Positions 14,101 to 26,100 of a stretch of DNA of 64,000 nucleotides are shown in pieces (the stretch's first letter is position 1; each line of letters opens with the position of its first letter). The stretch lies in contig NC_087245.1 of assembly GCF_037042905.1 (NCBI RefSeq), positions 26,104,001 through 26,168,000 on the forward strand. The letters are read 5' to 3'. A model generated the notes under the pieces. That model worked only from the letters and a program-made list of their open reading frames with translations. It was not told the origin of the DNA and did no database searches. The DNA is from Lytechinus pictus. Taxonomy: Eukaryota. Made by a program: the position numbers and the translations under genes.

Positions 14101-17100
14101 GCGCCATCTATCGGTTGCAGCGGATGGGCCAATTCTAACTTCGGGGTCGACATCACGCACAGGCGCAGGCAGCGCACAGTGCTAGTTTTATTGCAATGTG
14201 ACTGTTATGCTTCAAAAATAAAATGCAGCAAAAGCTGGTGAAGAATGAACCAAAAACGGTCTATAATTTGCAAAGAAATATGCGGCAAATTTCTCTACCA
14301 CCTCCTGAACCCTGGTAAACAGCATGATTTTATGCAAGCCGGCCGAGCCGCGTCGGCCAGTGCAGCATAATCGAAACACCAGCAGCAGATGTTGACTTTT
14401 TCCCATGAGGCATTGCGAATTTTAGCCTGTACGCTGCAACCGGCAGGTGGCGCACCATATTTTGCATCCACCAAATTAATGTTTGTTTCTGATAGTACAG
14501 TTTCAGTCAGTGCAATTAGTCATAGGACGTTGTTTAACTATCATTTCTCAATTTGTGTTACAGAGCCCAGGGTCTCGTAACACAAAGGTTAGCGATTAAT
14601 CGTACGCTTGATTTTCATGATTGACTGTACATAGTAGTCAATGCAATCACTCGTAAAGACATTCTTTTACAATGATTGCTGAGCTTTGTGTAAAGGGGCG
14701 CCTGATTAGATTATCATGAATTTATTCAATCATAATGAATTCAGCAAGATCCCTTTTTCTGGAGATATCATTAATGTTGTGTATTATAGTATTTCATGAA
14801 ATTTAGCACTTTTTATGATTTAATAATCACAATTCTACACAAATGCAATTTTCATGCTTGCATATTGTACTGTAGTTTAAAATAGAGGTGAGCTATTTTT
14901 CTGATACCATTAATTCTGTGTCTGTCTTTCCAAAATTTTTTTGTAACCTACAAGAGAATAGGCTGATGCTTTTAAAAGCTAAGAATATGATTTGCTTTAA
15001 TACAAATACCATAAAAGCACCATTCTGTCTGCCCTGGCCCTATAAATGATCAAAAGATCTCTCCTTAACCCTAACTAGGCCGGGCTTTTTTGGCTGTTGT
15101 GTGGCCGGGGGGGGGGTTGATTCAACCCCCCCCTGAGATCTCGGCCGCCGATCGCGCGAGCGCCGCAAAAATTTGCACGCTGGTAGTGTGCGATGTAATC
15201 TACAAGGCTGTATGGTAAAATTTTCCAAAATAATGAGATTTTATTTTATATGAATTAATTATGCTAATTTATGCATAAATCATACTTTTTGCTCTAATTC
15301 ACTAAATAAAGCTCCCGGAATGCTAATTTTTGGTAAAAATATTCTTTGTAGCATTCTTAACAATGGCAATTGAAAAAAACTTCGGTTTGGAAATCAATTT
15401 CTTATGTATTTTATTGTTTTATGAATTTCTTATGTATTTCTTTGTTTTTCAACCTTTTGTTTTTCTTTGTTTTTTTCACCAGATTTATTGCACAACCTTT
15501 TTTAAGCATAATTATGCTAAAATCAATTGCTTTCAGCTGTTAAAAGTAAAAATAATCATATCTTTATGAATAAGATGAGAAAACTCAATTTGCATTGACT
15601 TTGTACACAAAGTCACGTTTTGGAACAATTTTTGGTCTGACATGCACTTACAAAATGTTGCGTAATTTCGGAACTGCGTACCCAGGCGTCGTAAATTTGG
15701 TCTCAAAAGATGCGCGAGACTTAAAAGTATAAACTCTGCAAGTGGCGCGGTCAACAAATTTCGCGCGGCGGAATGATCGCAGAAAATGTTGAGGGGGGGG
15801 TTGATTCAACCCCCCCCCGGCCATTTTAGGGTTAAAGATGATTTCTTCATAATGGCAAGCATTCTTGTGTAACCCTATGGCATTTATATGAGCAATTGTT
15901 ATTCAAATAGTTTTATACCATTACACAATCAGAAAATCAGTGTTCTCCTCCATTCTAGCAGAGTTACTAAAAAAACATCAAGGGAGCGAGAATTGTACAT
16001 GTGTAGAATTGATACATGTATATGCATTAGTAGCGTCAAAGTCAAGAAACCAGCAATTTCATGAAATTTTGAAAATAATTTTCTTATCAAGTTTAATTTG
16101 TGATTAGTTCAGCTTGCCTTTGTTATTCATTGTCACTTTAACATAGAAGGCAAAATAGTAACTATAATTTAGTATTATTTTATAGGCATTTTGCACAGTG
16201 AAAACATCATATGAATTTCAAATGTTTGTAGTTATTGGTGCATCAGGCTGGGGCAGTCTGGGTATGGAAAGGGCTAAGTTAACAACCAAGGCCCGCAGGC
16301 CATCCTTCCCGAAACCACCCTGATGAAACCAAAACGGATTACAAAGCACAGTGCAGATACATGTATCAGTAGACTATCGAGCACAACTCTAAATATAAAT
16401 AATACTGTATATCAAAAAGAGAGAACGTCACAGAGTAGGCATAGGCTGATCACACACAGGGTGTTGCAAGAAAATATTTGCAATCAATCGCAAATATTCT
16501 GTTGCAATTTTACAATTAATAGATCAATGTTAGCTGTAGCAAATCAGATTACACTTCTTGTTTCAAGAAGCAGACCAGCAATCAATCACAAATTTACAAT
16601 TAATCACAAGAGATATGATTGATTCCGACACCGAAAATAGCCTTGCAATTGATCACAAGTTTCTTGCAATGCCCCATAAGTCACTGAATCTCATATGCTC
16701 ATTGTACTCACCACACTTAACATATCAACCTTACCCCTTTCAATGCATTGATAGCCTCACCAGCTCCACCGAATAACTGCACAAAGAATAACTTATTTCA
16801 GTGTGGTAATGGAAAGTGTGTCCCTCAATCAGCCAGATGTAATACCAGTGATGATTGTGGTGACAACTCGGATGAAATTGATTGCAGTAAGTTCTAGATT
16901 ACACTCATTTCTCTCTTGTTGGATATAATGTACAGTGTAAGCTTTAAAACGTATTCTAATGGACCTCTATCTTAATTTCATCCCTTTACCCTCCCCCAAA
17001 AAAAGTACAGAGTCATATTTTACACCGATTTTTCTCCTATATTGAATATGGTGTACAGTAAATTCCACGCTTATAAGACTTATTTCAATGGACCTCCTAC

Positions 17101-20100
17101 ATGCATCTTATTTTTCATGCCCTTACTTAAGAAATTATCTTATCTTACGAATTGCCCAAATACACAAAGGATTTTTTTTTTTTGGGGGGGGGGTGAGGGA
17201 TGAATGTGATTAAATTTCAGCTATTGATTTATAGTTTTTTTTAGCGTTAAAAGAATGAGATTCAATATGATATTTGGTACTGTGGTAGTAAATTCACTGT
17301 CCCCATTGAAAATCAGATCATATTTTTCTGTGTGTATTCCACTTTTTGATCACATATGTGTCATTGCCAGGCCCAGTCTTACAAAGAGTTAACGATTGAT
17401 CCAATCAACCTGAATGATATGGAAATCCATCAATGTAATAATTTTTGTACAGGAAATTTGAACAATGTCCTTTGAAAGCAAAGAGAAGTCCAGTCACTTA
17501 ATTTTCAAGAAAACAACGAATGTATGAATATGCATAATATCTAGAAAATATTTTGAACAAACATGAATTCTAGATGTTGACGTTGCTGGCTTTCCATGTT
17601 TGTAGTTGTTCTGATCAATCGCAACTCTACGTAAGACGGGACCCAGAAGATATTGCAAAAGTGTCTCCATACTGTACCTCTTTGGGTTAGGAAGATTTAT
17701 TTATCAGGTCTTTTGTTGATTTACAATGATAATTTGATGTTTGAAAGTAATGTTTTGTTTGTGTACAACAGAATGTGAGGTAGACTATCCATGTTCTCAG
17801 AGGTGCGTGGATTTGAACGCTTACTTCTGGTGTTACTGCGTCGAAGGCTTCACGCTTCTAGACGACCAGGTCACCTGTGCTTTACAACCAGACCGTAAGA
17901 TTTTTACAGAATTTTATTTAGTCTCACTACAAATGATAATTAATTTTTCAAATCAATGGCCCTTGAAAACAAAATGAAAAACAAAACTGAAAAGTTTGAA
18001 AGTCTTGACGTTTAAGAGAAACATGCAGCAGCTTGGCATCTGCTGTAAGATATAACAAAAAAAGAAATCTGTTCCAGTTACTATGATGAAAGGTGACACT
18101 TCTGAAGGAAGAAGGGGTTATTGGCTCAAGCATTTTAGGGACCTTCTAGGCTCACCAGTTCAGGTCAGTGATACAGGTCAGTGTCACCTGTAGCTGGAAG
18201 GCGAAAGCGAATTAAATCACTCTGACTTGCGGGTCTCTCCTCTTGATATAATCGGTTGCTGGTGCACAGGCAGACCACTACACCATGGTTTCCCCACTAG
18301 TCTTAAAATAAATGATGCAGTGGTTTCTTAACATGCAAAGGCAGTGATTGTCCTCTTCATGAGGTCTATTTTTAACATCCTATCCAAGGGACAGAATGTT
18401 TTCATCATAACGTGGTAATATCCCAAGTGACACGTGATACGTTTTGTTTTCTTTCTATCCAGAACCTAAACCCTACCTACTGTTTTCGAATCGATACCAG
18501 CTTCGCACAGTTGGCGTCGATGGCTCCAACTACACTACACTTCAGGTTAATGTCACCAATGCAGTGGCATTAGATTATGACTGGGAGGAACGGATGATAT
18601 ATTGGTCTGATGTCACTCAACAGAACAGCAAGATCAGTCGTGCTAATATCACTCATGGAACTACGGAGGTAAAAGATCTATAATTCTATTCACTATTCAA
18701 TTGATTGTTATTTTCATTTTTTTTTTCCTTTTTTAAAATCTTTTTTATTTTATCTTTATTACTTTTTTTTTCATTTTTGTTTTTCTGTAATTTTCAGTAT
18801 TTTTCTTTTTCAAAAATTTCTTAAAGGGGAAGGAACTTGATTCAGAGGAGCTCTAGCCAACATTGAATATTTTACCTTTATGGTGCCATGTACAATATGA
18901 TAGCCTTGATACAAACACCCTTTCATAGAATGAAGTGGCTCTGACATAGTGGCTCTCTTCTGATTTGCCATAATGTGTTTCATAGAAATGGTGCACATTA
19001 ATTTTATCAAGTTTAGATAATGATATATATATAATGATAGTAATGTGACGTATAAATTCACTCTGTTGAAAGGCGCACAGAGAATAAGTTAGTAATTAGA
19101 AAGAATTTGAGAAAATTATTTAAAGACTTGTAGGAGTTCAGCAGTTGAACAGTTTTCAGAAAGGCTACATGCATTTCACATAATAGGTCATGCCCGAGCG
19201 AAGGATCTGTCCTCTCAAGTTTGTGGAACTTTTGGAATGACAAGATAACCAGGGCCCTGTTGCATAAAAGTTACTGTTATGGTAACTTTGCCATCCAATG
19301 GTAACAATGCCAATTAGCCAATCAAAATCAAGGATTTCAGGGAAGTTACTATTAGATGGCAAAGTTACTATAATAATAACTTTAATGCATCGGGCCTAGA
19401 TTAATGGCCTTAGAGACCTATATTATTTGATAATCGATATTCAGAGATATAAAAAACAATCCAACAGGCAATCTAAATCAAAACTTGTGGTGATAAATAG
19501 TTTGAAAAATAAAAATGAATAACAATAAAACTGGGATTTCTGGAAGCGAGCTCCCGAGGTCTGTTTTACAGGGGAAAGTTTAAAATACCTGACTTGGCAC
19601 ATCTAGGACCTAACCTGGTTGGTTCTTTTATTGTTTACATTTTATTATTCAATCAGACGACAATGTTATGTCATGTATCAAAAATTGGAGATCGAAGTGT
19701 CATAATTTTGGACTCGTATCTCAAATTGATTTCTGACAATTATCAACATTAAGATTCATTACTTATTATTACTTATTATTTTGCCAGTCAACTATGCATA
19801 TACTCCAACCGAATACTCCACAACCTATGATTAATCTCAATCACTGCTAATATTGTTAGCATGGTAATAGGTGTCGCGATCATGTTTTGTAAGGTATCCG
19901 ACCTGCCAACTACCAACATAAATGTTTAGGAATCGATTTCTTGCACGGCACCTATGCCCTAGAACAATACATTTTTAAAACCTGTTTGTTTTTCACAAAC
20001 AAATGAATAATAATATCATTAACTATTCAAATTGATACGTAAGTTTGATTAGAAGAATAAACTCCAATGTATCTTTGCAAGCTGTGCTGTAAACTACATC

Positions 20101-23100
20101 CCCGACCTCGACCACCACTATGCTGATAATCAAGTATTATCATGATTATTGAATTAAGGCAATTTACTGCCTACAAATCCTTTTTGAGCTCCTTGTCTCA
20201 GTTACAGTGTTTGACAGAAATAGAACTCTTTATCAATTGTAATGATAAAATTTATTAATCAAACAAAATTTGAAAACATGAAATTTCATTTAATCTAAAC
20301 CATGGTTATCAAGTTTATAAATCTTTCAGGAAGCTTTTCTTTTCAAGTATGCTTACATCTAAATTCATTACAGCCTTTTTATGGACTTCCAATTCGGGAT
20401 AATATCCTTTTACTTGGCACACCAAATTACAAAGAAGTTCGATTCAAATTCATTGTACCATTGTTGAATGTTAAATCTTTTTTTGGACAATCATAAATTA
20501 TATCTTCTTATTTTGACGTCAATAATTCTGCTATTCTCTGCTGACAGCAATTACGACCAGCGTGCTCAAACGCTGAATGAACCATCCAAATTTCACTTTC
20601 AAGAGTTGTCATGAAAGTTATTTTGTATGATGAGAAAAGTATTTGAACATCACTACTTTGTTCCCTTCAAGTATGAATTCATTTTTGTTGATTGCTTTTT
20701 CTAAAGTACTCTTCTCAGGTTAAAGGTGCACAAAGAGTACTTTCTAGTATTCACCAATTGGAACCCCCTAAAAACATCTAGTAACCTTGTCTCAGATTAA
20801 AAACTGAATTACAGTTTTTACACTTTACACCATCTGACCATGATGCCTCAGTAATTGTACCTCGTTTCCTCAATAATTAATTACCTCCTTCACCACTTAA
20901 CCTTTTGATTTGATCATAGAGAAATATTTTGACTTTTGATATCTGAAGCAAGATATTATTATTTTCATCCTACGATAAATCTTCCAACATTAGTTATTCT
21001 TATCTTAACGTCGATTATGATATATGGCTCTTCCAGTGAGACCATTTTCGCCTCTACTGCTGATGTTGAAAGCCTTAAAATGATATAAAATTATTTGAAA
21101 ATATTTCACATTTATATCAATGGATTATATAGAAGTATGATATGTACTTGATTGGAGATAATTTGCAAGATGAATCGGATGAGGAATATTTCAATGATTA
21201 ATTTCCTCGGATTGTTCATTGAGATACGATTGATTAATAATTATATATGTGGGCCATCCTGGGAAAATGGGTATTATAGGTGAAATTTTGGATTTTGTTT
21301 TTTTTATGTTTTCTGGTACATGGACACATGTACAATGTGTATACAAAATATTAGAGTCTAATTCATATTTAAATTAGAGATATGGCCAATTGAATCAGGG
21401 GTACCCCCCCCTGCCTGGCTGTATCGGTCGTCATGGTAGTCGGGCTTATTATTCATCTTTTCATGATAGGGAAATGTTGGTTCTTTTGTAACGCCCAACA
21501 TACCTGGCATAGGCGAGGTGATCTTTTGTAGTGCAGACATAATTTTTATATATACACAGCTAGGCGAATACAATAAAACAAATTATTCTACATATTCAAC
21601 CGCACGCACACTAGAACCCACACCCACACACTCACATTACATGCAAAAAAAACCTTATGGAGACTATTTGTCATACTATATATAGTTCGTCATAGCGCGT
21701 AGTTTTAACATGAGAGGAGGTTCCCAGATCCAATGACCAGGGGAAGATGGGGTTGGGTTATTCATCTGATTTTTTTGTTGTTGGGGGGGGGGAGGGGCAG
21801 CTTATCATTTTTTGGGGGTTGCCCACCCCCACAGGCGCCGCAGAACATTTTTTTTGAAAATGGGAGGGGCTGTCCATGCAAAAAAAAATCACAATCAAAT
21901 GGTAATTTTTTACATGTTTATACATGCGTTCTGTGGAAAAAAAAGTGGGGCCAAAGCCCCTGCCCACCTCCATCCTAGATTTGTCCCTGCCCTTACCCCC
22001 CCCCCCCCCCTCAAAAAAAAAAAGACACCGCCATGCTGTTTGTCCATACTTCACTTTCTCGCAAAGTAAAATCTCAAAAAAATCATGCTTAAGCTTTGGA
22101 AAATAACCACAAACAAAATTCAATTTTGCAAAACCAATTTTTTTCGGTGGCAATAACACAATAGTGAAAAGCTGATGCGAGCTACATTTCATAAAGATTT
22201 AATATGACAGCAACTCTTGATGAAATATCAACTTTCATTGAACTAGCGAATCAGGAAGCAGAAGGTTCACTGTTTTCATGGTAGTTTTCATTCGAGCAAG
22301 TGATCATATCCATATTTAATGAAATGGGCCACATTTGGTTTCTTTTTAGGGATGGGGTAGTCATGAAAATATATTTCACAAATTGCTGCCCAATTATCTA
22401 GATCACTGAAGGATTTTTTTTTAGGTCACTTCGTTTGAAAAGAAGAATAAAACTGTGCATAAAAACTTGGCTCCACATATTAATACGACAGGTATTATAA
22501 CTAACAAATACTCACAAATACATAGTCATCTTTTCTCTGTTACACTCTGTACACGTGTGTAATGATATGCGTTGTAAACATCTTATGCTTGAATAAAAAA
22601 GATTATATCAGAGTTTAATTCTTGATATGGAAGAGACTACATACATTTACTCTCTTCTATGCAGCAGTATTAGCAAAACTCAGGAATGTGCATCGCTCTC
22701 CACTGTCCAAATTTGCACTAAAAATGATATAAAACACGATAATCTCTCCTTAGTGTGTGTGTTTAACATTATCACAAACTTCTTAATACAGCAGCAAACT
22801 TACCACATTTCAATTTTCTACAATGACATCCTTCTAATGACTTAGCAAACGTTACAAATTAAGTTTAATTTTTTTATCGAAAAACTTCAGAGTTTGTTCA
22901 TTCAAAGTAAAACATGTATTCATTGTTCAATTTCCTCTCCTACCGGGGAGGCCGCGAGGTGCCTTGTCCTCATCTAAGATCTTTCCATATATCATATTCC
23001 CTCTATTTGGAAAATCCAGTTGATAGCTTATCTGGGAGTATCTGAGAGACTATGTCAGCAGGGTTCACCAAAGGGGATAATTTTCTTCCTCTGCATTGTT

Positions 23101-26100
23101 TGCTTTCTTCATGTTCCAGTCTTAAAAATGCCACGTTCCGATGACTCAAATCTACATGTTTGATGAATGCAATTGAAAAGTTCACCGATATTAATGTGTT
23201 ATAAAAACAGTCACATTACATTCTCATTTCTTCATGATTCATGGACATTTATCAACAACATGATATTTAAAATACATTAACTGTTCACTCTTTGGCTTTA
23301 TTTAAATGTTACTTGTATTTCTAATAAAGGTGGAAGTACTCCCTGATGTCATATTTTTCTACCAAAAATAATAAGAGTTAACTATTGTTGGGTAAAAAAA
23401 TCCCTCCAAAATTCATGAGATGTTCATATTTAAATGTTTAATTTGATCACTTGCAAAAAGCTTTCTCTGCATGAGCCTTTATCCAAATTCTATATATTTT
23501 TTTCATTTTTTATTGTTTTTATCATTTTATATTTTTTTATATTTTCCATAATTCTAGATTTCATGTACTAATAGTGGTAAAATAAATTTTAAAACAATAT
23601 CTTATAAAACGGCAATTAATTCGTGGAAAATCGGTTACAACTGACATGATAAAGTCAAAACTGGCACACTATTTTCATATAGAATATGGATAAAGCATGG
23701 AAAGCTACCTGAAGCTGTGGTAATGGTGAATCCCATATCAGATACTTAAAGTACTTCTTGAAGGGCTGCTGTCAGCTGTATGTTGGTTCTGAGATGTCTT
23801 GTACTCACTGCACTAATACAGTTGCTCTGTACATCCCGTGCCTTTAACATGTTTAACACAACGAAAGAAAACAAGGCCAATTAGTTAACACATTTTCAGA
23901 GTTAAAGTTTATTTAAAAAAAAAAATACTTAAGAAAAAAAAACTATAAAAAAAAACAATTAAAACTATAATTTTTTTTATTTTCAAAAATATGTCTTTTC
24001 ATTTTTTTTTTAATATTAAATGATTTTGTGTAGAAGGTTAGCGAACCTCATGTAATGTAGCTCGACCAGATTGTAGAAAAAATAAGAAATACCCCCACAC
24101 CCGCCCCCAAAATATATTGTTATTTTTGAATAAATTTCTTTCTGTTTTCTAGTTATAATTTCGATATCATTTGCACAGCTTTGGTGAAGCTCATACCAAA
24201 TAGACCCCACCCCCTCCGAAAAAAACCAAATTTGAAATCAGAAGTCCGACAAATAAGAATTTGTTAGAAGAGGGGATTTGAAAAATGTCCATAATTAACC
24301 GATTTAAAAGGGTACTCCGAGCTGAAAATAATTTCATCAAATGTAAGCAAATGCTGCAAATTTCATCAAAATCTGATAACAACTAGATCTAAAAGGGTTT
24401 TTCATGCATTATAAAAACAGTTATATGCACGTCTTAATAAATATTCGTTAGATGGGCTGATGATGACACCCCACTTTAACTTTTCTTATAACAAAACATG
24501 AAATCATACTTATTTTATTTGGTCATACGTGTGTGAATGATATGTCACCTTTTTGCATTAATTAATATCTAGTCTTGGAGGGGGGGGGGGGGATAGAACA
24601 AACATGATTTCATGTAACAAGGTGAGACATCTTTGCATCAGTTTGTCAAGTAAATTCATAAAAACATGCATAGAACTGTTTCACCGAAATCCATATCTTT
24701 ATAAATTATTATAGCTCTTTTACTCCTTGTCCAATTTTGATTTTTTTTATATACATTTTTTACAAACTTGTTGCATGTGATAGATTTAACTTAAATGGTT
24801 ACAAGTATGTAACGAAGGCCTATCTAAGTACGTGCAGATCTAGATCTAGTTGATAGCCTAGGCATACATAAGTTAGATCTTAAAAAGGCCGTCAAAGTCC
24901 CGGACAAATACCGCGAATCGCTGCAGCAGTCGCATGTAATTTGACGTTTAAAGTCGTTCCTAAAAAAGCTCTCTCTCGATCGATCCACATAAACACGCAA
25001 CACAAAATTCACATTCACGTGTTTAGTTGCCATGTTCCTCGCATCGCAATTATCAATGAAATTAACAAAACAACTCAATCTGCAACATAATTTAACTTAC
25101 CTTCATGGATTTCAGCCAAGGGAATTAAATTCAATCAACATGTATCCGAACCCGCCACCAAATATATCGAGCCGATATCCACAGTTCTGAAAAATAAAAA
25201 TGCGCCTGACATTTTTTTTTATTTCCCGCGGGTTGTTTGTTTTGTTTTTCCTCGCGACGCGCGCCAGACAAAAGTTTGATGACACGCGTATTTAAATGAC
25301 GTCCTAGCGCATTTATTGTCTCTCACCAATAGTCTGGTTTTTGCGCGACGCCACACATATATAATCATTGGCTGATTCAGTGTTCCTTCATTACATTTTC
25401 ATAATGTCAATTCATTCTGAAGTGTTATAAATCTTTCTAATTTGGCAAGTGGCAACATCGTATGTCCATGTTGAGATAATATGATCTTTACGAGATCATT
25501 ATGGGAGATAACTTTCAAATTGTTTGAAATTGACTTCTGATATGTGGCTTTGAACATGCTATCCTCTGAAGACTTATACGAATGTTACGTAATAGAATTC
25601 GTAAATTATACAAATAGTATGAAGTATAATTAGAATTCTATTAGTAATAATGAAGTATAAGTCGAGGAGGATCCCACCCTGCATCAAAACAATTTTATTC
25701 CCTCCCGATTATACAGAAGTCAATTTTGAGATGCAGACCTTATTTTGTGGGAATACAGCGCCATCTATCTAGAAATAATCTATTCCGATGCACATTGTTA
25801 TTATTATTATCCCCGACTTAAGCACGAGCTGCCATTTAGCGCTCAGTGCAATCAAGGAGTTGATCCTGTCGGGTACCCATTCACCTCAACTGGGTTGAGT
25901 GCAGCACATGGTGGGTATATTTATTGGAGAAGGAAAACACATCATACCTGGAATTCGAACCCACGTCCGTCTGATTGAAAGACGAGAGTCGTAACCACTA
26001 GACCACGGCGCCCCATTAAAACACATACAACAAATCTATACGAACCAAATGATTATTTGGTGTGTACATCTTGAAAAATTACTTAAGTGGATTGGAAAGC

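Noticed and set aside
21758..22192. 144-aa minus-strand ORF as an intact gene
   Set aside because: About half of it runs through a G/C-run MITE fragment; at most a remnant of the inserted element.
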